Shown here piece by piece: positions 54,756-64,000 of a stretch of DNA of 64,000 bases; the first letter of the stretch is position 1, and each line of letters opens with the position of its first letter. Below the pieces are notes generated by a model. It searched no databases and was not told where the DNA came from. It saw only the letters and a program-made list of their open reading frames with translations. Origin of the DNA: an uncultured delta proteobacterium (GTDB lineage: Bacteria; Desulfobacterota; Desulfuromonadia; Desulfuromonadales; JACZKF01); contig CAWFKQ010000013.1 in NCBI GenBank assembly GCA_963816395.1, positions 64,001-128,000 on the forward strand, in the 5' to 3' direction. The position numbers and the translations under genes are program-made.

Positions 54756-55775
54756 TCAAAGAGCTTTGCCAGCCACCTCGGCGAACTGCCGCAACTTCTC
54801 CATCATCGCCGCGAATTCCGCCGGGCGCAGGGACTGCGGACCGTCGCTGGCGGCCTTCTCCGGGTGCGGGTGGACTTCGACGATCAGGGCATCGACGCCG
54901 GCGGCGACGGCGGCGTAGCACATGGAGGGCACCAGGCTGGCGTGCCCGGTGGCGTGCGAGGGATCGACCACCACCGGCAGGTGGGTCTGTTCCTTGAGTA
55001 CCGGCACGGCGGAAATATCCAGGGTGTTGCGGGTGGCGGTTTCAAAGGTGCGGATGCCGCGTTCGCAGAGCAGTACCCGGCGGTTCCCGCCGGCCAGAAT
55101 GTACTCGGCGCTCATGAGGAATTCCTGGATGGTGGTGGCCATCCCCCGCTTGAGCAGGATCGGTTTGTCGAGCCGGCCGAGCATCTGCAGCAGGGCGAAG
55201 TTCTGCACGTTGCGCGCCCCGACCTGCAGGATGTCGGCATAGCGGGCGACCAGTTCGACATCGCGCGGATTGACCACCTCGGTGACGATCGGCAACCCGG
55301 TCGCTTCCCGGGCCAGGGCCAGCAGCTTCAGTCCCTCCTCCTCCATCCCCTGGAAGGAGTAGGGGCTGGTGCGCGGCTTGAAGGCGCCGCCGCGCAGCAC
55401 CTTCGCTCCGGCGGCTTTGACGGCCCGCGCCGTCTCCAGGATCTGCGCCTCGTTCTCCACGGCACAGGGGCCGGCCATGACCAGCAAGGTACCGCCGCCG
55501 ACCGTCAGGCCGGGGGCGATGTCGAACACGCTCGGCTCCGGTTTGACCTCGCGGCTGGCCAGCTTGTACGGCTTGAGGATGGGGACCACGCTCTCCACCC
55601 CGGAAAACGATTCGAGCGACTGCAGGACCATCTTTCCCCGCTCGTCGCCCACCGCTCCCACCACATTGCGGGTCTCGCCATGGATGACGTGCGGTTTGTA
55701 GCCCAACTCACGGACGCGCTTCTTGACCGCCGCCAGTTCGTCACGACTGGCCCCCTGCTTCATCACAATGATCAT
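54756..55775 (-). CDS. aroF: 3-deoxy-7-phosphoheptulonate (DAHP) synthase, type I-beta with N-terminal ACT-like domain
   Basis: MIIVMK start with [54 protein letters not shown]. Confidence 0.92.
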   Translation of the reverse strand: MIIVMKQGASRDELAAVKKRVRELGYKPHVIHGETRNVVGAVGDERGKMVLQSLESFSGVESVVPILKPYKLASREVKPEPSVFDIAPGLTVGGGTLLVMAGPCAVENEAQILETARAVKAAGAKVLRGGAFKPRTSPYSFQGMEEEGLKLLALAREATGLPIVTEVVNPRDVELVARYADILQVGARNVQNFALLQMLGRLDKPILLKRGMATTIQEFLMSAEYILAGGNRRVLLCERGIRTFETATRNTLDISAVPVLKEQTHLPVVVDPSHATGHASLVPSMCYAAVAAGVDALIVEVHPHPEKAASDGPQSLRPAEFAAMMEKLRQFAEVAGKAL

Positions 55776-55864
55776 TTTCCTCTCCTTTGCGATCGATTCG
55801 GCCGGTGAAAAAGAAGGAAGGCCGCCTGGATTCTCCCGGCGGCCTTTTTCATCGATCGCAAATG

Positions 55865-55902
55865 AAAACCACGGGAGATCCGGATTCCGGTCTGCCCATG
55901 GC
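55865..55902 (-). terminator. attenuator terminator in DAHP synthase leader (second hairpin at 55812-55850)
   Basis: Minus strand GCCATGGGCAGACCGGA-A-TCCGGATCTCCCGTGGTTTT. Confidence 0.65.
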
Positions 55903-55926
55903 TGGCTGCTGTCGCTGGTGCTTCCC

Positions 55927-56019
55927 CTACGCCGACAGGCCTTTACCCCGGGCAGACGGCCGAAAAAAGAAGCCGCGCCAGAAGGAAAAACCGAAAAAGA
56001 AGGCATAGAAAAGGGGCAT
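55927..56019 (-). CDS. Phe/Tyr/Trp-rich attenuator leader peptide (30 aa)
   Basis: [34 protein letters not shown] 5 nt upstream; 9 Phe, 1 Tyr, 1 Trp. Confidence 0.85.
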   Translation of the reverse strand: MPLFYAFFFGFSFWRGFFFRPSARGKGLSA

Positions 56020-56087
56020 TGCCGCTCCGCAGTCATGCAAGATTTTGCCTGTTTAGCAGATTGCGGGGGAAATGGCAAGTCGGAAAA

Positions 56088-56165
56088 CAGGCGTCAGGAT
56101 TCAGGTCGCAGGGATCAGGATAGCCAAATGCCTGAAACCTGATTCCTGATACCTGATTCCTGATT
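56088..56165. repeat. inverted heptamer arrays (TCAGG.. / CCTGATT-like)
   Basis: caggcgt caggatt caggtcg cagggat cagga ... cctgaaa cctgatt cctgata cctgatt cctgatt. Confidence 0.75.
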
Positions 56166-56166
56166 A

Positions 56167-57590
56167 TTACCGCTTCCCCTGCATGGTGTCGAGGAAGCGC
56201 TGCACCCAGCGGTGCACATCGTTGCGCCGGACCTCGGCCTGCAGGTGCAGCATCCGTTCACGGCGCTCCTCGCCACCCATGGTGAAGGCGCGCCAGATGG
56301 CATCGGCGCAGCCGTCGACGTCGTAGGGGTTGACCAGCAGCGCCCAGTGGCCGAGCTGGTCGGCGGCGCCGGCGAACTCGCTGAGGATCAGCACGCTGTT
56401 CTGGTCGACGGCGCTGGCGCAGTATTCCTTGGCGACCAGGTTCATGCCGTCGCGCAGGGGGGTGATCAGGGCGATTTCCGAGGCCCGGTAATGCGCCAGC
56501 AGTTGCGTATGGTCGAGGCTGCGGAAGACGTAGAGGATCGGTACCCACCCCGATTCGGCGAAGCGGGCGTTGATCCGCCCGGCCAGCTGGTCGAGCAGTT
56601 CCTTCAGGTTCTGGTAATCCGGCACCAGGGTGCGGCTCGGCACGACCACCTGCAGCAGGGAGGTGCGCCGGCGCAGGTCGGGATATTTCTCCAGGGCCCG
56701 CTCGAAGGCGAGAAAGCGCTCGGGGACCCCCTTGGTGTAATCGAGGCGGTCGATCCCCAGTATCAGCTGCCGCCCGGGGAAACCCTCGTGCAGGTACCAG
56801 GCCGCCTCGGCAACCTCCTGCGACTGGGCGTCCTGGTGAAATTCGCCGATAGTCGATGCTGATCGGGAAATGCCCGACCCGGATCATCCGCTGACCGCAG
56901 CGCAGCAGAGTGTAGTGGCGCTGGCGGCTGATGATCTCCGAGTCCGGCAGCAGCGTGGCGACGCAATGGACGAAATTGCGCCGGTCGCGCAGGGTCTGGA
57001 AGCCGATCAGGTCGTAGGCGGTCAGGGCGCTGAGGAGTTCCTGCTTCCAGGGCAGCCGACGGAAGAGGTCGAGGGAGGGAAAGGGGATGTGCAGGAAGAA
57101 GGCAAGGGGCTGGCGTACTCCCAGGCGGCGCAGCTGCTCCCCCACCAGGCAGAGCTGGTAATCGTGAATCCATACCAGGTCCTCGGGGGTCGGCCTCGGC
57201 GGCCACCGATTCGGCGAAGCGGCGGTTTACTTCGACATAGGTCAGCCAATTTTCGCGATCGAAATTGCAGTGGCCGAGCAGGTCGTGGAACAGAGGCCAG
57301 AGGGTCTCATTGGAAAAACCCCGGTAATATTTTTCCACCTCCTCCTCGCTGATCGGCACGGCCTGCAGCTGGTAGCCGCGCTCCGCCCCGAAGCGAGCGA
57401 ACAGTTCCTGCAGGGGAACTTCGCCGCCGCAGCCGGCCCAGCCGATCCATACCCCTTCGCGGTGCCGCATCACCGGGGCGACGGCCGTGACCAGGCCGCC
57501 GGAACCGGGGGCGATCCGCCATTCACCGTTCTCCTGGGAAATGGCGACCGGCAGGCGGTTGGAGACGACAATCAGGCGCGATTGAGTCAT
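56167..57590 (-). CDS. otsA: trehalose-6-phosphate synthase (frameshifts ~57185, ~56845)
   Basis: [63 protein letters not shown]. Confidence 0.92.
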
Positions 57591-57619
57591 TGAGCAGATC
57601 TCCTCCGGCTGGCGACGGT

Positions 57620-58884
57620 TCAGACGGCCTCGATACGTTCCCCGCTGCCTTGGGACAGGCCCAGCATCAGGGTCAGGTATTCCCGCAGGTGGCGGGTGAG
57701 CAGGTAATTTTCCCAGATGAAGCGGCGCGCCCGCTCGCCCATCTCCCGGCGCAGGTCCTGGCGGTGCAGCAGATAGCGGATGCGGAGTGCCGCCCCGTCC
57801 GGTGTGCGCACCAGAAAACCGGTGTAATGGTCGAAAACCTGCAGGCGGATGCCGCCGGTGTCGCCGCCGATCACCGGTTTGCCCTTCCACATCGCCTCGG
57901 CGACGGTCAGCCCGAATCCTTCGCGCAGCGATTTCTGCAGGACGATGTCGGCCCGCCTTTGCAGGGCGTTTATGGTGCGGTGCGCCGAACTGGAAAGGCG
58001 CAGGACATGGATGTGCGGATCGTCGGCGGCTGCCGTTTGCACCTCCCGCAGGACCGCTTCCCCCTCCGGGTCGTCGGCCGCTCCGCCCCCGGCCAGGACC
58101 AACTGCAAGGGGGTGAGTTTGCGTACCAGGCGATAGGCCTCGATCACCCCCAGGGGGTCCTTGAAGCGGTCGTAGCGGGAGACCTGCAGGACCAGGGGCA
58201 GGCCGGGATCGAAACCGAACTGACTATCCAGCGCCCTGCACCTCGGCTGCCGGCAGATCACGGTTTTTTTCGCTCAGCGGGTCGATGCTGGGGGCGATGA
58301 TGTACTGGGGATGGGGAAGGCGCTGCGCGAATTCGGGGAGCGAGAAGATGCTCGCGTCGTACCGGGCGATCCATTGCCGCAGGTATTCCCAGACCCTCGG
58401 CTGCGGCCGGCTGACGTCGATGTGGCAGCGCCAGATCCATTTGCCCCGGCGATGGGGGAAAGCGGCGAGCAGTGCCGCCGGCTGCGGATCGTGGATGAAG
58501 ACGAAGTCGGCCGCCTCCAGCAGCGAGCGCAGGTTCTCGGCGCTGGCCGCGTTGGTCGTCTCATACGACCCGCAGCGACTCCTCGGGGATCGGTTCCGCT
58601 CCCCCTGCAGGGCGTTATGGAAGCCCTTGGTGGCGCGATAGAAAGGCAGCCTCGCCGGTGATCACCTCCCAGCGGGCATCCAGCCCCAGAGCCTGTTTGA
58701 ACGGGACCAGCTTCTGCAGGATTTCCGCTACCCCTCCGCCTTCCCGGGTGGAATTGACATGCACCACCAGCGCCCCTTTCAGCGGCGCCGCCAATTGCTG
58801 CAGGTGCTGCAGATTGCCCCGACCGGTCACCGCTGCATATTCGTCGACGAAGTTCTGCAGGTATTCGGCATCCAGCATTTCCAT
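57620..58884 (-). CDS. GT4 glycosyltransferase, TreT (trehalose synthase)-like (frameshifts)
   Basis: HVNSTREGGGVAEIL, QVSRYDRFKDPLGVI, DDPEG, QKSLREGFGLTVAEAMWK. Confidence 0.85.
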
Positions 58885-59562
58885 CAGACCAGTTCCTCGA
58901 AAAATAGCTGGAAGATGGCGGTCACCAGGTGACGAATCTCCTTGAGAGAGGAAAAATAGGGGTCGAGCCGCCCAAGACGGTCGATCAGCGGCAGGAACTC
59001 ATCGCCGAAGCCCGCCAGCCAGGCGCTGAAGTCGTCGGTGCGGCCGGGCGTCCGCCGGCGGGCATCGATGAAATGGAAAAAGATGCTGCCGGTGGGGAAG
59101 TTGGGAAGATAGGAGACGATGTCCGCCGGCCGATCGAAATGCAGGGCCGGTGTCGAAAACCACGATCTGCCCCTGGAGAAAATAGAACCTCTGATCGGCT
59201 GCCGACCAGAGGGAAATCTCGCTTTCCCCCAGGCGCTGATCGACGATCTCCAGGACTTCCTGCCGCACGCCCTCCAGGTCGTCGAAGTCGGTCGGTATCA
59301 CCATGCTCAACCGCTCGGCGAGCGGGCGGTCATGCAGGCCGCGCCAGGCCCAGGAGGCGAAATCGTTGTTGTATTCGGGCTCATCGAACTGCGGCCGCAG
59401 CAGGCGCCCCCAGAAATGATGGTAGAGACTTCCGGCCGGCATCTGCTGCACGGCTTCCCGGAACTCCTTGAGGCTCCCCGCCCGCTGGCCGGTGGCGAGG
59501 GTGATCAGGGCACAGTCCCGCACCGCAAAGGGAGTGCCCGCGCCCTGAGGAACAACGACCAT
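58884..59562 (-). CDS. DUF5752-like protein (frameshifts)
   Basis: SLYHHFW..EYNNDFASW..LAERL; TGATG overlap with the treT-like start. Confidence 0.7.
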
Positions 59563-59843
59563 CCACTCCTCCTTGTTTTAAAAAAATATCAAGCACATCT
59601 TATATTTATAACAAAAAATGGCCTTTCTGCAAGCTGTCTGGCGCCGGCTGTGGTCTCTGCCGGCGCCGATTGCCGGCATTTTCACGGGTGAGCGTTCGAC
59701 GGCGGGTGGCGATCTCGGCTGTCTGCGTTCTCCAAAGGTGAAAAAGGAGGATTTTATTATATTGTTGAGAAGGGTTGCTCGGCAGAAAAACAGCCCGCTT
59801 GATAGCGAAGCGGTGTTCTGCACTCAACATAAACGGAGAGGGG

Positions 59844-62411
59844 ATGGAAAGGGCAGCCAGGCATTGGAACGATTTGTCGACCTTATCGATCTCTCAATCC
59901 TGCAGACCGTTGATGGAAAGCTTCTACCGGGCCGCTGGAGTACCGATGGCGCTCATGGACCGGGAGGGGACTGTTCTGCTCATCGGCCGGCTGGCAGGAG
60001 ATCTGCACCCTGTTTCACCGCCGCCATGCGCTAGCGCTGCAGCACTGCCTGGAAACCGCCACCGGTTTTTCCGAATACGCAATCACCCGCCATTCCCCGG
60101 CGGCACCGAATCGATCTGCCGCAACGGCCTGAACTACATCGGGATGCCTATTCTGCTCGAAGGCGAGCTCCTGGCCACCTTCTTTCTTTCGCAGTTTTTC
60201 TACGAACCGCCGGATCTGCAGAGGTTTCGTCGCCAGGCCCGGGAATTCGGCCTGGATGAAGAGAGCTACCTGGCGGCGGTCAGCAAGGTTCCGGTCGTCA
60301 GCCGCGCCCGGGTCAGTGACCTCCTCGGCTTCTACTCCGGATTCGTGCAGCTGCTGGCGGCCATGGCGACCAGCAGCCGGCAGCAGCTGGCCGATCGCCA
60401 GCGGGCCGCGGCGGCACTGGAGTTCCGGGCCCGGCTGGAGCAGCTGATCGCCGCCACGTCGACCCGTTTCGTCAACCTGTCGCCGGCTGAAGTGGATGCG
60501 GCCATGGGCCAGGCTCTGGCGGAGATCGGTGAATTCGTCCAGGTCGACCGCAGCTATATCTTCCAGTTCAGCGAAGACGGCAGCACCATGAGCAATACCC
60601 ACGAATGGTGCGCCGCCGGCATCGAACCGCAGCAGCACCGCCTGCAGCATATGCCGGCGGCGGCCCTGCCCTGGTTCATCCGGCAGATCCGCAACCGGCA
60701 GGTCTGCTACTGTCCCTCGGTCGCCGAACTCGGGCCGGAGGCTGCGCCGGAAAAAGCCGAGTGGCAGGCGGAGGATATCCAGTCGCTGATCTGTGTACCG
60801 ATGGTATTCGAGGAGAAGGTGGTGGGTTTCGTCGGCTTCGATTCGGTGCGGGAGCGGAAAGCGTGGTCGGAGGAGGTTATTCTGCTGCTGCGCATCGTCG
60901 GTGAATGCTTTGCCGGTGCCCTGGAGCGGCGGCAGGCGGATCAGGCTCTGCACGAGAGCGAATATCGTTTTCGCACCATGTTCTCCTCGGCGCCGGTCGG
61001 GATGGCGGCGGTGTCGCCCGAGGGGCGGTTTTTGCAGGTGAACCCGGCGTTCTGCCGGTTCCTCGGCTACGGCGAGGACGAGTTATGGCAGCTTACCCTG
61101 GAAAAGGTGACCCATCCCGAGGATCTCGAGGCAAACCGCCAGCCGAGTCCGGCGGGGCTGCCGGGTTCCCGCCCCGTGGCCGAAATGGAAAGGCGGTTTC
61201 TCCGACACGACGGGACGATTGCCTGGGGACAGATGTCGCTCGTCGGGATCTACGATGCCGCCGGCCGGCTGCTCTATCGAATGGCGCAGGTCCAGGACAT
61301 CACCGATCGCAGGAAGGCGGAAGATTCCCTGAAGCGGGCAGCTTACGAGGCGGAGGAGGCTCGGGACAAGATCGATGCCATTCTCGAATCGGTGGCCGAC
61401 GGCCTGATCGTCACCGACCTCTTCGACCGGGTGATCCTGATGAACCGGGCGGCCGAGGCGCTGCTCGGCATCTCCCTGGATCGGAATCCCCGGCGCCACA
61501 TCGACTCCGTCCTGCCGGAAAAGGATCTGCGCCGGCAGATCGTCGCCACCCGCCAGGGAGAAAAGGAGGTGGCGGAAATGGCCTGGGAGCGGCTGGATGC
61601 CGCCGGTCGGCACCAGGCGCTGCAGGCGCGGACGACCAGGGTAGACCGGGCCGGCGTCCGGCTGACCGGCACGATTACCATCCTGCGCGACATCACCCGG
61701 GAGCGGGAGCTGGACCGGATGCGGGATGAATTCATCTCCACCGCCGCCCACGAACTGCGCACGCCGCTGGCGACGGTGATGGGGTTTGTCGAACTGCTGC
61801 TGAAACCTGAGGAATTTCCTCTTTCCCCGGAGGAACGGCGCGAGTATCTCACCTTGGTTTACCAGAAATCCGAGGTGCTGGAAAAGATCATCGGCGATCT
61901 GCTGGACCTCAGCCGGTTCCAGGCGGGGCATCTGATCACCCTGCAGAAATCCCGCCTGGATTTCACCGCCCTGGTCAGGCAGGCAGTCGCCGCCTTCCAG
62001 GCCATGACCGACCGGCATGTCTTCCGGCTCGAATTCCCGCCGGAGCCCATCATTCTCTTCATCGATCCGGGGAAGATCGGGCAGGTGCTGGAAAACCTGC
62101 TCAGCAATGCCGTCAAATTCTCTCCCGCCGGGGGCGTCATCCGAGTGAGCGGGCGTCGCACCGACGGGGAATACCAGGTCACCGTCGCCGATGAGGGAAT
62201 CGGCATGGAGCCGGAGCAGGTGGCGCGGATCTTCGATAAATTCTATCGGGTGGATGCCTCCAACACCGCGATCAGCGGGCTGGGGCTGGGGATGAGCATG
62301 GTCAAAAGCATCGTGGAAACCCACGGCGGCCGAATCTGGGTCGAGAGCCGCCCCGGGCAGGGAACCGAGGTGCACTTCACCCTGCCCACGGAGCCGCCGG
62401 ATCATCGCTAA
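59844..62411 (+). CDS. cytoplasmic sensor histidine kinase (PocR-like, GAF, PAS, PAS, HisKA, HATPase)
   Basis: CRNGL (WQEICTLFHR in a shifted frame), SNTHEWC, THPED, AAHELRTPL, NLLSNAVKF, DEGIG, GLGLG. Confidence 0.92.
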   Translation: MERAARHWNDLSTLSISQSCRPLMESFYRAAGVPMALMDREGTVLLIGRLAGDLHPVSPPPCASAAALPGNRHRFFRIRNHPPFPGGTESICRNGLNYIGMPILLEGELLATFFLSQFFYEPPDLQRFRRQAREFGLDEESYLAAVSKVPVVSRARVSDLLGFYSGFVQLLAAMATSSRQQLADRQRAAAALEFRARLEQLIAATSTRFVNLSPAEVDAAMGQALAEIGEFVQVDRSYIFQFSEDGSTMSNTHEWCAAGIEPQQHRLQHMPAAALPWFIRQIRNRQVCYCPSVAELGPEAAPEKAEWQAEDIQSLICVPMVFEEKVVGFVGFDSVRERKAWSEEVILLLRIVGECFAGALERRQADQALHESEYRFRTMFSSAPVGMAAVSPEGRFLQVNPAFCRFLGYGEDELWQLTLEKVTHPEDLEANRQPSPAGLPGSRPVAEMERRFLRHDGTIAWGQMSLVGIYDAAGRLLYRMAQVQDITDRRKAEDSLKRAAYEAEEARDKIDAILESVADGLIVTDLFDRVILMNRAAEALLGISLDRNPRRHIDSVLPEKDLRRQIVATRQGEKEVAEMAWERLDAAGRHQALQARTTRVDRAGVRLTGTITILRDITRERELDRMRDEFISTAAHELRTPLATVMGFVELLLKPEEFPLSPEERREYLTLVYQKSEVLEKIIGDLLDLSRFQAGHLITLQKSRLDFTALVRQAVAAFQAMTDRHVFRLEFPPEPIILFIDPGKIGQVLENLLSNAVKFSPAGGVIRVSGRRTDGEYQVTVADEGIGMEPEQVARIFDKFYRVDASNTAISGLGLGMSMVKSIVETHGGRIWVESRPGQGTEVHFTLPTEPPDHR

Positions 62412-62812
62412 CTCGTTTCCGTCCGGAAGCGGTCCTTTCCCGCGTAGCAGCGTCAAGCAGAGATCGTTTGTCAAGGCATCGGTTTGAAAATAAATCAAAC
62501 ATTGTTATTGCGAATACCAGCTCGGAAAACCGAAGATTAGCTTAGAAACTACCAAAAATACAGTAGGATAGCCCTTCTTCTAATATCATCTTCAATGCCT
62601 ACGCATTTCTGTTGAAAGTTTTCAAAACATTGTATTATTATATTGCGAGTGGATAGTCCAACAGACCAATGGACCATTCGCTCTGCCCCTCCCCTGGTTT
62701 AGGTAGGGCCGAAAGCGTGGGGCGTGGTTACACGATGAAAACATGTGAGTGGTCGCAGGGAATTGACGAGAGCTGGATTCGTCGCGGTGAGCCTTTTACA
62801 GGAGACTAGGGA

Positions 62813-63538
62813 ATGGGCGACACAATTTGCCAACTACTGATCCCCCCCAAGAAAATAGACAGGCTGGGCGATCGCATCGCCGCCGATATAAAGACACTCA
62901 TCCTCTCTGAGAAAATAGGGCCTGGGCAAAAGCTCCCCGCCGAGAGAGAACTCGCAGTTGCCTTGGGGGTGAGCCGCGTCGCAGTGAGGGAAGCTCTGCG
63001 GATTCTCGAGCACGCCGGTCTGCTGGAGACCACCGGATCCACGCGTGGCGGTGCAGTTGTGACCGATAAGCTGTATAAGCCAATGGCAGGCTCGATGGTA
63101 GACCTCCATGACAAGGGGCAGTTAACTCTGCAGCATTTTGTCGAACTGCGCCGCGCCAATGAATGTTTCCTGATTCGACTAACTGCAGAGCGGGCGACCG
63201 CAGAGGATCTGACCAAACTGGCCGCCGTGAACAGGAGGATGCTCGACGACCAGGCGCGCGACTCTAGTTTCCAGGACAACAACATGGCCTTTCATCTGGC
63301 CCTCGCCGAGATCTCCGGCAACCCCTTGGGTGTGCTCATCGTCCGGTCTCTGTTCGAAATCCTGGGCGTTGTGCGGCCGTATTCCGTGCTGAGTCGGGAA
63401 TTCATCAGGGACACCTATCGGCGCCACGATAGGATTCTCTCGGCACTTCGGAGCCGGGACGCCGAACGGTGCGCTGAGGCCATGAAAGTGGATGTGGACC
63501 ATACATACAAGGTGCAAGACGCGAGGACTTCCGAATGA
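62813..63538 (+). CDS. FadR/GntR family transcriptional regulator
   Basis: PGQKLPAERELAVALGVSRVAVREALRILE; FCD domain FHLALAEISGNP. Confidence 0.92.
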   Translation: MGDTICQLLIPPKKIDRLGDRIAADIKTLILSEKIGPGQKLPAERELAVALGVSRVAVREALRILEHAGLLETTGSTRGGAVVTDKLYKPMAGSMVDLHDKGQLTLQHFVELRRANECFLIRLTAERATAEDLTKLAAVNRRMLDDQARDSSFQDNNMAFHLALAEISGNPLGVLIVRSLFEILGVVRPYSVLSREFIRDTYRRHDRILSALRSRDAERCAEAMKVDVDHTYKVQDARTSE

Positions 63539-63767
63539 ACCCCGGAGTACGCGTGGCGTACCCCGGAAGGCGAGGCAGAACCGAAGTGGTGCCAAGCCAA
63601 TCCGAGACAGTTTGTCCATCAGCAACCGTTTCGGGGAATTATGCCCTTGGCGAAGGCGCCACCTGAAAGCTGTCCCGCCTGTCTGGAGCCGGTCAGATGA
63701 AGTCATGCTGCCGCGGCAGCTGGCCTTTTTTTGGCAAGCAGCACCCACAACAGAAGAGGAGAAAACG

Positions 63768-64000
63768 ATGAAGAAAGCTCTATCGGCAGTTCTCGCGTTG
63801 TTAGTGGTCCTGGCTATCCCCGTGGGCTCCCGGGCCCAACCCACGGAGACGTTAAAGATCGGCACCGTCCTGCCCCTCAACTTCGGGATGGGGGTAGATA
63901 CGAAAAAGGCTCTCGAAATGCTCGTCGCGGACTTCAATGCGGCCGGCGGCATTACCATCAAGGGAAAGCAGTACAAGTTCGACCTCACCGTTTACGACGA
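63768..64000 (+). CDS. ABC transporter substrate-binding protein, LivJ-like (runs off window)
   Basis: MKKALSAVLALLVVLAIPVGSRAQ signal; LKIGTVLPL; NAAGGITIKGKQYKFDL..YD; GAGGAG RBS. Confidence 0.85.
   Translation, partial: MKKALSAVLALLVVLAIPVGSRAQPTETLKIGTVLPLNFGMGVDTKKALEMLVADFNAAGGITIKGKQYKFDLTVYD

Overview
GC-rich bacterial chromosome window. Gene content (ImcH-type cytochrome, futalosine pathway, deltaproteobacterial porins) points to Desulfuromonadales/Geobacterales. It is mostly housekeeping and metabolic: gshA-like ligase, AlaA-like aminotransferase, Prc protease, imcH, cydAB, MacAB-type ABC exporter, double-length UvrA, long Lhr, PepF, two porins, a methylmalonyl-CoA mutase/epimerase/acyl-CoA carboxylase cluster, mqnB/mqnD, serA, DAHP synthase, a trehalose locus, histidine kinases and a FadR regulator. 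Many genes carry frameshifts that look like assembly indels. The most notable unannotated signals are: (1) a family of inverted-repeat elements with (T)TAACGCAAAG-GCGCAAAG arms, one copy enclosing a GxxExxY PD-(D/E)XK-family gene and the others empty or nested, suggesting an autonomous/non-autonomous mobile system; (2) two leader-peptide attenuators sharing a 12-nt core, one Ala-rich before the aminotransferase and one Phe/Tyr/Trp-rich before DAHP synthase; (3) palindromic repeats inside the uvrA coding region; (4) two small proteins missed by the ORF track (a CydX-like peptide and a CPACG lipoprotein). No rRNA, tRNA or CRISPR array was seen. All family assignments are from motif recognition by eye; no database search was run.
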